Shown in pieces: positions 12,847 through 24,679 of a DNA stretch of 64,000 nucleotides (the first letter of the stretch is position 1; each line of letters starts with the position of its first letter). Source of the stretch: Scyliorhinus canicula (lineage: Eukaryota); contig NC_052159.1 in assembly GCF_902713615.1 (NCBI RefSeq), positions 9,560,018 to 9,624,017 of the forward strand, written 5' to 3'. The position numbers and the translations under genes were made by a program. The notes beneath the pieces were generated by a model. That model searched no databases. It was not told where the DNA came from and saw only the letters and a list, made by a program, of their open reading frames with translations.

Positions 12847-14499
12847 TGCCAGAGGTGTTGAGGATACTTGGGGACTTTTCGGGCTATAAGCTCAACGTGG
12901 GGAAGAGTGAGCGGTTTGTGCTGCACTTGGGGGACCAGGAGAGGGAGACAGGGGAGCTCCCGTTGAAGAGGGCGGAGAGGAGCTTTAGATGTCTTGGCGT
13001 CCAGATAGCTAGGAGCTGGGGGGCCCTACATAGGCTGAACTTTTCCAGGCTGGTGGAACAGATGGAGGAGGAGTTTAGGAGGTGGGATGCGCTGCCACTC
13101 TCCTTGGCGGGCAGGGTCCAGTTGGTTAAGATGACGGTGCTCCCGAGGTTTTTGTTTCTCTTCCAGTGTCTCCCCATCTTGATTCCAAAGGCTTTCTTTA
13201 GGAGGGTTAATAAGAGTATTCTGGGGTTCCTGTGGGCGCGGAAGACCCCGAGAGTGAGGAGGATATTCCTGGAGCGAGGCAGAGAGGTAGGTGGTTCGGC
13301 GTTGCCCAACCTGTGTGGGTACTACTGGGCTGCGAATGTGGCAATGATTCGTAGGTGGGTGATGGAGGGGGAGGGTGCCACATGGAAGAGGTTGGAGGTG
13401 GCGTCCTGTGTGGGCACGAGTTTGGAGGCGTTGGTGATGGCCCCACTCCCACCGGCAAGGTACTTTACGAGTCCAGTAGTGGTGGCTTCCCTCAAAATTT
13501 AGGGGGCAGTGGAGGCGGCATAGGGGGGATGTGAAGGCCTCAGTTTGGACCCCGATACAGGGCAACCACCGGTTTGCACCAGGGAGAATATATGGTGGGT
13601 TTTTGAGTTGGCATAGGGCAGGCATCAGGCGGATGGGGGACCTGTTCCTCAAGGGGAAATTTGCGACCTTAGAGGAGTTGGAGGGGAAGTGGGATCTCCC
13701 CGCTGGGAATATTTTCAGGTATATGCAGATTAGGGCGTTTGTTAAGCGGCAGGTGGCGGAGTTTCCGCTATTGCCGCCAAGGGGGGGTGCAGGATAGGGT
13801 GCTCTCGGGGACCTGGGTCGGTGAGGGTAGGATCTCAGCAATTTATCAGGTGATGCAGGAGGGGGAGGAGGCCTTGGTGGAGGAGCTGAAAGCGAAGTGG
13901 GAGGAGGAGTTAGGGGAGGAGATTGAAAGCGAAGTGGGAGGAGGAGTTAGGGGAGGAGATTGACGAGGGGAAGTGGGCGGACGCCCTGGGGAGGGTGAAC
14001 TCGTCCTCTTCTTGCGCACGGCTCAGCTTAATTCAGCTGAAGGTGCTACATAGGGCACACATAACTGGGGCCAGGCTGAGCTGGTTCTTTGGGGGGTGAG
14101 GGCAGGTGTGGGAGGTTTTGGGGAGGCCCGGCGAATCACACCCACATGTTCTGGGCGTGTTCGGCGTTGGAGGGGTTCTGGAAGGGTGTGGCGGGGACCT
14201 TGCCCAAGGTGGTCGGTTCCAGGGTGGAACCGGGCTGGGGGCTCGCTATCTTTGGGGTAGCATCGGAGTCGGGAGTGCAGGAGGCGAGAGAGGCCGGTAT
14301 TCTGGCCTTTGCGTCTCTAGTAGCCCGGCGTAGGATTCTTTTACAGTGGAGGGATGCAAAGCCTCCGAGCCCGGAATCCTGGATTAACGACATGGCCGGG
14401 TTCATCAAAATGGAGAAGGTCAAGTTTGCCCTGAGGGGGTCGGTGCAAGGGTTCTTCCGGCGGTGGCAGCCTTTTCTTGATTTCCTGGCAGAGTGTTAG
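10673..14499 (+). pseudogene. L1 ORF2p (APE endonuclease, reverse transcriptase, C-terminal Cys/His knuckle), frameshifted
   Basis: Motifs TWNVRGLN, LQETHL, GGDFN, SDHAP, YRPISLLNVDAK, QGCPLSP, YADD and CxxxxxxANHTHMFWAC are spread over several frames with stops. Confidence 0.93.
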
Positions 14500-16680
14500 G
14501 GGGGTGGTCAATCTCAGCAGCAACCGGGGGGGGGGAATTATGAGTCTGTGAAGGGGGTTTGTTTTTGCAACTATATGTTTGTTACTTTCTTTTTTGTTAT
14601 TAATTTATTGCTTTGTATTGGGGGAGGGGCTTTTCTTTCTGTTTTTTCTATGCCTTGTTTATTTTATTGTTGGGAGAAAATTTGAATAAAAATTATTTTA
14701 AAAATAAAATTAAGTACATTTGCAGTGTAGTCACTGTTGCAATGTAGAGAAATGGCCACCAGTTTGCACGCAAACAAACAGCAACCTGATGCAAAGTGTG
14801 GAGTTCTCTTCTGTAAATGGCAAGTGATGTTAGATCAATAGTAAATTTTAAATCTGAAATCAATATATTTTTGTTATCAAAAGGTATCAAGGATTATGGT
14901 GACACAGCGGTTAGCACCGCTGCCTTGGGTGACGAGTGACTGCCTGTAAAGTTTGCACGTTCTCCCAGTGTCTGTTTCGAGTTCCTTCCGGGTGCTCCAG
15001 TTTCCTCTCAGAGTTCAACGGTGGATTGGGCATGCTGAACTGCCCCTTAAGTGTCCAAATGTTAGATGAGGTTTCAGGGATGGGGCATGGAAGTGGGCCG
15101 AAGGAAGGTGTTCTTTTGGAGGGTCAATACAGACTCAATGGGCTGAATGGCCTCCTTCAGCACTGTAGGGATTCTATGATTCTTTGATTATTGGACAACG
15201 GCCATGGAATTAGGCACATATCTGCCAGAATCTCATTGAATAGTGGAATAGAATTTAAGGGGCTAAATGGCCTAATCCTGTTCCTACAAAGTGGCCACAT
15301 TATTTTTTTATGTCATAGAAAGTTCTAAGATCAATTTTAGTTCAGATAATATCTTTGCTCTTGCTGGATTTGCACTAAAATACAAATATCTTGGCATCAG
15401 CTTTGCAAAATACAGGTAAAATAGAAGTATTTTGAGTCATGTTTTGCAAGACCTTGGATTCTTCATCAAGCCAGACAGAGTAGTTACCTGTCAAGGACCT
15501 GGTAGAACTTAGTATCTGTGCAGCTCTTGAAACAAAGGTCAGGGTCGGCACAGTGGTGCAGTGGGTTAGCACTGCTGTCTCATGGCGCCGAGGACCCAGG
15601 TTCAATCCCAGCCCCGGGTCACTATCTGTGTGGAGTTTGCACATACTCCCCGTGTCTGCGTGGGTCTCACCCCCCCCAACCCAAAGATGTGCAGGGTAGG
15701 TAGATTGGCCTTGCTAAAATTGCCCCTTAATAAAAAAAATAGAAACGAGGATCAAGAATTGCATGAGGTTCAAGAATTGGTGTTAGAAAATTCCATTTTT
15801 ACAATGGGAAATGCTTAGGAACTTGATTAAGTACTGTAATCTAATTAGAAGAATCAGAAGCTAAAAACATACAGTCCAAACTGGACTTTTAAATATGTGA
15901 ATTTCCACTTTACTATAAGGGCATTCCCTCCATGATGGCAAAGTTGACTTCTGTTGTACATTTTGAGAAGATTTTTGCGTATCTTCCATGCATTTGTCAA
16001 ATTTCCAGATAGCACAGTCCCCAACTTGACTTATGACGGCTGTATCAAATTCTTCCTGCTTATTGGATTCTATGTATTCTAATCTTTACATTTAAAAAAT
16101 GACAAATGACATCCAAGGGCTGCCGTCCAGCCAACCTCTTCTCTGAGGGTAATCAATTTGGCTACAGCAGAGAAAAGCCCAGAAAAATTGTACCAGATGG
16201 TTTAGCCAAACCAAGTCATGGGGGTGGCTTAAAGGCACACTGGAATAGTGGTCAGGAAATTGAAATTTCACTCAAAAGATGCTCATCATTGATATTTTGC
16301 CCCTCTAGAACCTAAAAACAGAAATTTTAAAAAATGCTACAAGAACATTTGCAGAGGATGGAAACTAAGCACCCAATTTAATATCTTCAAGACAAAGGGA
16401 ATTGCCTCTCTATTTATTCTCAAGTTTTAACAGTTAGACCTAGTTTTCAGAGGTTGGGTAGAACAAGCATAGCAGTTAACAATAAAGATTTTCACAAGGT
16501 AAAAAGAAGAATGGAAAATGCACAAGTTAATGAAACAAACTCAGATGAAGTATAGCTTTTTAATAATAGCATGGATAGGACTGATTTTTTTTGTAAGGGG
16601 TAGCAGATTTTTGAGGAATAATACGCATTTGGGATAAGCAGAGAATAACAAGCCAAAATAAACATGTTAATAAATAAGAG

Positions 16681-16920
16681 GGGGCAGCACGGTGGCGCAG
16701 TGGGTTAGCCCTGCAGCCTCACGGCGCCGGGGTCCCAGGTTCGATCCCGGCTCTGGGTCACTGTCCGTGTGGAGTTTGCACATTCTCTCCGTGTTTGCGT
16801 GGGTTTCGCCCCCACAACCCAAAGATGTGCAGGGTAGGTGGATTGGCCATGCTAAATTGCCCCTTAATTGGAAAAAAATAATTGTGGACTCTAAATTTAA
16901 AAAATAAATAAATAAATAAG
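16681..16920 (+). mobile_element. HE1/V-SINE-like tRNA-derived SINE, short poly(A)-tailed form (representative; others about 5945-6166 -, 15542-15740 +, 36228-36645 -, 39870-40085 -, 40480-40702 -, 42584-42819 +, 48616-48835 +, 48885-49124 -, 56972-57200 +, 62053-62282 +, 63408-63585 +)
   Basis: A box TGGCGCAGTGG, B box GGTTCGATCCC, central GTGGAGTTTGCACATTCTCCCCGTG domain, A-rich tail and 9-18 bp TSDs. Confidence 0.9.
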
Positions 16921-17805
16921 AGATAGCATAGTGGGAGAGGAAAGAAAACATGGTGGAAATTTTGTCGAACATCAGTTTGCTACTTTTTAGTCTGTCTCTT
17001 TCTCTTACCAAAAACAGTGGCAGAAAGGGGAGGGATGCAACTGAACCCACGCAACATCCAGATTAGTAAATGGTATTCAAAACAAAACGGACATGATGGT
17101 CCTCAAAATGGCTCAATGGGTAAAGCATCTCAGGACGTGCTCTTCAGCTTCACAGGTCAGGTCTGAGCCAAGTTAACTGATCTCAGCTAAGATGCCAGTG
17201 GGGTATAGTCTCCAACTCTTCCCTTAGCCAAATTCCAAATACAATCAGTGTTCCCTCTAATGTCCGGTTTTAAGGCTGGAAGGTGTCTGTATATATGTTA
17301 GTCGAGATAGTGTTGGGTTTTGCTGTAATCCCTTCCTTTAAAAATACCTACTCTCTGATAATTTGCTCTCGAGACTGAAAAATAAAGACTAGCTACTTGG
17401 ACAATGTGTTAAAAGGCTGTCAACATGATACCTCACATGATTATAAGTAGCAGGCATTATCTAGACGTTTAAATTTATGAGCACAAACCTGTATCCAAAA
17501 TATACTTTTTTTTGCCAATTGTTCTTCTCTTGCTGGAACGTAGCTACATTGGCACTGGGTTCCTTCCATCAACTCACCGGAATGAAAGAGCCCGAGTATC
17601 TGCTAGCCAGCTACTGGCCATGAATATACTGCTGCCAAGTCTAATCCAATTTTCACCAGGTACTCACACACAAACTTTCCAACAATTAACTGGATAACTA
17701 TCAGGAACATGAATCATTAACAAATTCCCTTCCCAAGACCAATAGTGCGGAAGTAAATTGTACTGTTGCTCCCAAGCCAGCTACATTCAGTCAACTCAGC
17801 GGAGA

Positions 17806-18330
17806 CGTTGGCGCAGCGGTGTTTTCACTGGATTCGTAATCCAGATACTCAGGGTAATGCTCTGGGGTCCCAGGTTCGAACCCCACCACGGCAGATGGTG
17901 AAATTAAATAAAAATCTGGAATCAAAAGTCTAATGATGACCATGAAACCTTTGTCGATTGTTGTAGTAAAAACCCAACTGGTTCACTAATGTCCTTCAGG
18001 GAAGAAAATCTGCCGTCCTTACCCAGGCTGGCCTACATGGGCTTCCAGACCAGTTGACTCTTAACTGCCACCCCCACCCGACCAAAATGGCCTAGCAACT
18101 GTCTGTGTGGAGTTTGGACATTCTCCATGTGTCTGCGTGGGTTTTACCCCCACAACCCAAAAATGTGCAAGTTAGGTGGATTGGCCTAGCTAAATTGCCC
18201 CTTAATTGGAAAAAACTAATTGGGTACTCTAATTATATAAACAAAAATGGCCCAGCACAGCACTCGGGCCAAGGGCAATTAGGGATGGGCTCAACCAGCG
18301 ATGCCCACATCCCAAGAACAAATTTTAAAA
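17806..18330 (+). mobile_element. Older tRNA-headed SINE family, about 400 bp (others about 150-340 -, 3875-4500 +, 21560-21750 +, 28790-29115 +, 40230-40480 +, 48510-49221/53382-53470 +)
   Basis: Recurrent gtaatccagag...aaaacccaactggttcactaatgtccttcagggaagaaaatctgcc...gcccacatccca. Confidence 0.75.
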
Positions 18331-18574
18331 AAGACAAGTAATCAAATCTCAAAAAATATTACTTTAACTTTAAAGATCAGATTGTCTTTTATCAAGCAGT
18401 GATAGTTGCTGTATCTTGGGTATTTTAAAGCTCACCAGTTAAGTAAAGTCCCCTTTTCTGACCATAGGCTGCTTTGTCCTCGAGAGGGAGAGCTGACTGG
18501 TGGTGATTTAACTGAGGATCACCACACCTCAGACAAAGGGCAAGGTTGAGAAGGCGGGGCCTTCATGAAGTCAA

Positions 18575-20500
18575 GGAAAATCGACGCCATTCACTAGCGA
18601 GGTGTTCCAATTATTTATGCATGCCAACGGGGTACAGCACATCTGGACTGCCCCGTACCATCCATCTTCAAATGGGTTTGTGGAGCGGGTGCTTCAAACA
18701 AGGCTTGTGGAAACAGACTGCGGACTCACTTGATACGAGGCTGGCAAGGTTCTTGTTCTATTATCAACCATGCCTCATGTCACAACAGCGGTAGTATCAG
18801 CAGAGCTATTAACGGGCTGGTGCCTCGGAACCTGATGTTTCCAAGTCCTGGCGGAAAGGTAGAGTCAAAACAGGATGTTCAAAAGAAATACCACAACCAC
18901 AAGACGCTTGAGAGAAGCTTTAATCCGGGATCTGGGCCATATATATCCGGAATTTTGGTGACGACGCCCATTAGTTCCCTGGTGTCATAGAACATTACAG
19001 CGCAGTACAGGCCCTTCGGCCCTCGATGTTGCGCCGACCTGTGAAACCCCTCTAAAGCCCATCTACACTATTCCCTTATCGTCCATATGTCCAATGACCA
19101 TTTGAATGCGTTTAGTGTTGGCGAGTCCACTACTGTTGCAGGCAGGGCATTCCACGCCCGTACTACTCTCGGAGTAAAGAACCTACCTCTGACATCTGTC
19201 CTATATCTATCTCCCCTCAATTTAAAGCTATGTCCCCTCGTGCTAGACATCACCATCCGAGGAAAAAGGCTCTCACTGTCCACCCTATCTAATCCTCTGA
19301 TCATCTTGTATGCCTCAATTAAGTCACCTCTTAACCTCCTTCTCTCTAACGAAAACAGCCTCAAGTCCTTCAGCCTTTCCTCATATGATCTTCCCTCCAT
19401 ACCAGGCAACATCCTGGTAAATCTCCTCTGCACCCTTTCCAATGCTTCCACATCCTTCCTATAATGTGGCGACCAGAACTGCACGCAATACTCCAAATGC
19501 GGCCGCACCAGAGTTTTGTACAACTGCAACATGACCTCATGGCTCCGAAACTCAATCCCTGTACCAACAAAAGCTAACACACCGTACGCCTTCTTAACAA
19601 CCCTCTCAACCTGGGTGGCAACTTTCAGGGATCTATGTACATGGACACCGAGATATCTCTGCTCATCCACACTACCAAGAATCTTACCATTAGCCCAGTA
19701 CTCTGTCATGTTGGAGAAAACAGGGCCCCGTGCCGTATAAGGTCAGAACCGGAGAGAAGACCATGTGGAAACATGTGGACCACCTCAAGTGCAGAAAGCC
19801 CACCTCGGAGGAAGCCATGCCAGGCACATCGGTACCTCCACTACATCTGGCACCACTACGTAGCCAAGAGGCACAACCCATCGTGGACCAACATCTGGCC
19901 ATCAGGACGATGACAACTCTGATATGGACACGGAAGCATCCGCCTTTACGGACGCCGCTGCGATCGGAGCCAAAACCCTGACATTGTCCCGCCAGTGTTT
20001 TTCGCAGCAAAGGCAATCAATGAGTCGGCACCGGCCCTCCAATCCAGCCCACTGCTGGCAAAGTGGCGAAGGCCCCCTCAACTGGCTATTGGAGGGGAAC
20101 TTTTGGACTGGAAAGTGGAGGGGGTAATAACCCTCACAATGCCCATGGGTAGACCCTAATTATCTTCCCGTGGGACTCGCCGAACACGAGCTTCCCTGCT
20201 AGTGGGCAAAGGCCTGCCCAGCTGGGGCTCGTAATTTGACTGTATAAAAGCCAGCCGGGACAGGGGCCAACATCCTGGTAGTCCCAATTGGGGCTTTTAC
20301 TGAGTGTGTTTGGGAGAAGGCAGGAGAATGGGGATGAGAAAAATATCAGCCATGATTGAATGGCGGAGCAGACTCGATGGGCCGAGAGGCCTAATTCTGC
20401 TCCTATGTCTTATGTTGTCTATGCCCCAGTAATGGCCGTTTCCTTTGACTTGAATAAACCATCGTTTACTCAACCCCCTGGACCTTCATTTGAACTACTC
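18575..20500 (+). mobile_element. Gypsy 3' fragment (integrase C-terminus plus 3' LTR about 20125-20500), interrupted by CR1 insertions
   Basis: PFTSEVFQLFMHANGVQHIWTAPYHPSSNGFVERVLQT and GPVPYKV...KHVDHLK. The LTR resembles those at 49222 and 53107. Confidence 0.8.
18986..19703 (-). mobile_element. Young 5'-truncated CR1 LINE (ORF2 C-terminus open for 213 aa)
   Basis: LYKTLVRPHLEYCVQFWSPHYRKDVEALERVQRRFTRMLPG...RRRLRGDLIEAYK. tgtcat is repeated at both junctions (18983, 19704). Confidence 0.93.
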
Positions 20501-21744
20501 GCTGGCATAGAGAGTAAAATGCCAGCAGGCAAGTTGAGAATCATACAGGAAAGGAGGCCACCAATTGGCCCATCATGCCTGTGCCAGCTCATTGAAAGAG
20601 CTATCCAATTTGTCTACTCTCCTGCCCTTTCCTCATAGCCCTGCAAATTTCACCTTTTTACATATATATTCAATTTCCTTTTGAAAGTTACGATTCAATC
20701 TGCTTCCACCACCTTTTCAATCAGTGCATTCAAGATCTTACCTCATTGCATAAAAATTGCTGGAACTGGGTGTGCATTTTGGCTTGTTTAGTATGCAGGG
20801 GTATACCATGAATTTCACTTCTTTTGCTCCACGTTTTAATTACCTTAAAAAGTTCATAAGTCGTGGAAGAAAAATCTGCATTTCACTTCACAAATTCAGT
20901 AAAGACACATGTTTTTTCTTGCCAACTGTTCCAAGTCAGAAATGGGGAGAAACCAATCCTTGAGATCAATGTTCCCAACATCAGTTCCATCTCTGCCAGT
21001 TAAAATTCACTATAATATTGCTGAAATTGCTTTTAAGTAAAGAAACCATAAAGGCCCAGAATGCAAGATGGGCAGGGGTAGGAAAACACTCCCAGGTGGT
21101 CACTTTATTTACCCCGAGAGCAGTCAGATTGGAGATGAGGTCAATAGTGATTAGGTTGCAACCAAATTGAGTTTTAAGGGTTGGCGGATCTAGACCCACT
21201 CCAAAGACCTCAGGGCCAGTCAACTATATAACTTTCACTTAAGGACTGAGTCAAAGTCAAAGATGTCACCTTTCAGTGAGATGTTAGGCTGAGGCCCCCC
21301 TCGTAGATGGAAGCAACAGTTCCTGCACTGCTATTACAAGTAGCAGAGGAGATACCGTTCAATGAAACAGACAATCTAGCCATTATTTCATTGCCATTTG
21401 TTAAACCTTGTCGAGATTCCATTCAAAACAGCAAACACATGTCAAATCTTTCCATGCTAAAACCCTTTGGGACCTTGTTGCACGCACAGTTGGTGGCCAC
21501 AATTCCCTTCTACAACAACAGGCAGGCTTCAGATCATGCCCTGTGAACACATTATGGGGCAAAGCGGGTAATGTCACTGGACTGGTAATCCAGAGGCTCA
21601 GGCTAATACTCTGGGGACACAAGATCAAATTCCACCATGGCAGCTGGTGGAATTTAAACTCAACTGATATCCCTGGAATATAAAGCTAATCTCAGTGATG
21701 GTGGCCGTGACTACTTTCATCGACTGTCGCAGAAACCCATCTTG

Positions 21745-23825
21745 TTCACTGACGCCACCCCTGTTTAAGAAGGGAGGGAGGCAGAAGATGGGAAATTATA
21801 GGCTGGTTAGCCTGACTTCGGTCAATGGTAAGATTTTAGAGTCCATTATTAAAGATGAGAGTTCATAGAATTTACAGTGCAGGAGGCCATTCGGCCCATC
21901 GAATCTACACTGGCTCTTGGAAAGAGCACCCTATCCAAGTCCACACCGCCACCCTATCCCCATAACCCAGTAAATATACAATTTTGGACACTAAGGGCAA
22001 TTTAGCACAGCCAATCCACCTAACCTGCACATCTTTGAACTGTGGGAGGAAACCGGAGCACCTGGAGGAAACCCACGCAGACATGGGGAGAATGTGCAGA
22101 CACCACACAGAGTGACCCAGCGCGGAATCGAACCTGGGACCCTGGAGCTGTGAAGCAATTGTGCTAACCACTATGCTACCGTGCTCCGAGATTGCTGAGA
22201 ACTTGGAAGTGCATGATAAAATAGGACTGAGTCAGCACGGCTTCGTCAAGGAGGATCATGCCTGGCAAATCTGTTGGAATTCTTTGGGCAGGTAATGAAG
22301 AAGTTAGACAAAGGAGAACCTGAGGACGTGATCTATTTAGATTTCCAGAAGGTCTTTACAAGGTGTCGAAAAGGGGGCTATTAAATAGGTTAAGAGCCCA
22401 TCGTGTTATCAGTAAGATGCTGGCATAGATAGAGGATTGGCTGATTGGCAGAAAGTAGGGATAATGGGGTTTTTCTTCAGGATGGCAGCCGGTGACTAGT
22501 GGTGTGTGTCAGGGGTCAATGTTGACACAATATTGATTAACGATCTGGAAGAAGGAACTGAGGGCATTGTTGCTAAGTTTGCAGATGATACAAAACAATG
22601 TAGAGGGATGGGTATTATTGAGGAGACAGGGGGACTGCAGAAGGACTTGAACAGGCTAGGAGTGTGGGCAATGAAGTGGCAGATGGAATACAATGTGGAT
22701 AAGTTTGAGGTTAAATAAGTGTGAATGGACCTACCTACAACTTGCTATAACATTATATTCTGCAGTCTCTCCTTCCTTCCCTATGTACGGTATGTATTGT
22801 TTATACGGTATGTATTGTTTGTACAGCATGCAAGGAAGAATACTTTTCACTGTATACTAATACATGTGACAATAATAAATCAAATTAAAGTTATGCACTT
22901 TGGAAGGAAGAATGGAGGCATAGGCTATTTTCGAAATGGGGAAATGCTGAGGAAATTTAAAGCACTTGGGAGCCCTAGTTCAGGATTTTCTTAAGGTTAA
23001 CGTGCAGGTTCAGTCGGCAGTTAAGAAGGCAAATACAATGACAGCATTCATAGACATAGAACATACAGTGCAGAAGGAGGTCATTTGGCCCATCGAGTCT
23101 GCACCGACCCACTTAAGCTCTCACTTCCACCCTATCCCCGTAACCACTCCTCACCTTTTTGCCCACCAAGGACAATTTAGCATGGCCAATCCATCTAACC
23201 TGCACGTCTTTGGACTGTGGGAGGAAACCGGAGCACCCCACACAGACACGGGGAGAACATGCAGACTCCGCAGACAGTGACCCAGCGTGGAATCGTACCC
23301 TGGACCCTGTGAAGCCACAGTGCTATCCACTTGTGCTACCGTTCTGCATGTCGAGAGGGTTAGAATACAAGAGCTGGGATGTACTTCTGAGGTAGTATAA
23401 GGCACTTGTCAGACCCCATTTGGAGTATTGTGTATAGTTTTGGGCCCCATATCTAGGGATGTGCTGGCCTTGAAAAGGGTCCAGAGGAGGTTCACAAGAA
23501 TGATCCCTGGAATGAAGAGCTTGTCATATGAGGAGCGTTTGAGACTCTACTCATTGGAGTTTAGAAGGATGAGGTTTGGGATGACCCAGAGGGCACAGCC
23601 TCAGGCTGATGGGTCGATCCTTTAAAACAGAGATGAGGATTTGGAACTCTTTTCCGCAGAAGGTTGTGAAGGCCAAATCACTGAGTGTCTTTAAGACAGT
23701 GATAGATAGGTTCTTGACTAAGAAGGGGAATGGGGATGAGAAAAACATCAGCTATGATTGAATGGTAGAGTAGACTCGATGGGCCAAGTGGCCTAATTCT
23801 GCTCATATGTCTTATGGTCTTATTA
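21745..23825 (+). mobile_element. Decayed CR1 LINE (RT and C-terminus) with nested antisense SINEs (about 21863-22187 and 23049-23347) and a Rex-type 3' tail insert (about 22715-22888)
   Basis: NYRLVSLTS, QHGFVK, YLDFQK, KFADDTK, RVQRRFTRMIPG, and a CR1-type 3' end. Confidence 0.88.
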
Positions 23826-24469
23826 TTTCCTTGAGGGAAGCAAATCTGCCGTCAGTATGGCCTGCCCATGATTCCACCCACAGTGGTTGTCTCTGAAAAT
23901 ACCGAATTTTCCACTCCGTTCACTGGATGGGCAGCCGTGCTGCTGGGGTTTACAGACACACCCACATCCCAGGAAAAAATAACGAAAAAATACAGGAGGG
24001 AGGTGGGGAACAAGATGATCGGCAGCTGAATAAAATGAAAGTATCGTACACTCATATCACCACCACACAGCTGAATCGGCATGGGGATGGGCAGATTAAA
24101 TTGACACAAAATGGGAAAGCTCAGGCAGCACGGTACAAGTGGATAGCACTGTGGCTTCACAGCGCCAGGGTCGATTCCCCACTGGGTCACTGTCTGTGCG
24201 GAGTCTGCACGTTCTCCCATGTCTGTGTGGGTTTCCTCCAGGTGTTCCGGTTTCCACCCACAGTCCAAATATGTGCAGGTTAGGTGGATTGGCCATGCTA
24301 AATTGCCCTTCGTGTCCAAAATTGCCCTTAGTGTTGGGTGGGGTTACTGGGTTATGGGGATGGGGTGGAGGTGTGGGCTTGGGTAGGGTGCTCTTTCCAA
24401 GGGTCGGTTCAGACTCGATGGGCCAAATAGCCACCTCCTGCACCATATGTTATAGGTTGGAAAAGCAAA

Positions 24470-24668
24470 ACATAAAGTTGCCATAGTCCCAGGTGACTCT
24501 TTGAGAAGGGGGGCTGACTGGTGGCTGTTTAACCAGGGGGTCACCATACCTCAGCCAAGGGACAAGGTTGAGAAGGTGGTACCTCAGCTGGTACGGGAAT
24601 TGAACCCGCGCTGCTGGCCTCGCTCTGCATCACGAACCAGCTGTCCAGCCAACTGAGCTAAACCGGTT
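24470..24668 (-). mobile_element. tRNA-derived SINE with a GTGGTGATCCTCAGGTTAAA core (possibly MetaSINE-type); copies about 18440-18570, 26200-26420 and 60820-60980
   Basis: Four related dispersed copies with a CCGGTTTAGCTCAGTTGG head and GGTTCAATTCCC B box. The family name is tentative. Confidence 0.7.
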
Positions 24669-24679
24669 TTTGGGGAGGG

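Larger units (their letters stand above)
9598..14707 (+). mobile_element. L1-clade LINE with both ends retained, inactivated
   Basis: 16-bp TSD AATTAAGTACATTTGC at 9582-9597 and 14708-14723. Contains an ORF1 remnant, ORF2 with APE/RT/CCHC motifs, AATAAA and an A-rich tail. Confidence 0.95.
9528..14800 (-). mobile_element. Ancient Deu-domain SINE (SacSINE1/AmnSINE-like) 3' remnant split by the L1 (about 9528-9597 and 14708-14800)
   Basis: The joined flanks read ccaaagtgctttatagtcaattaagtacatttgcagtgtagtcactgttgcaatgtag, resembling the recalled DeuSINE 3' region in reverse. A similar sense-strand tail lies at about 8445-8515. Confidence 0.55.

Noticed and set aside
10181-14499. Active L1
   Set aside because: ORF2 has multiple frameshifts and stops, and ORF1 is truncated.
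15930-16085. Short open minus-strand frame (EYIESNKQEEFD...) as an extra exon between 1A and 1B
   Set aside because: It has no THAP similarity and no convincing splice signals; its length is compatible with chance.
16681-16760. tRNA genes (A/B boxes here and at many other sites)
   Set aside because: They are SINE heads: each continues into a shared SINE body and tail and lacks a complete cloverleaf.
16667-17050. Recurrent short ORFs such as WPIHLPCTSLGCGGETHA... and SLSVWSLHILPV...
   Set aside because: They are translations of SINE copies, not a gene family.
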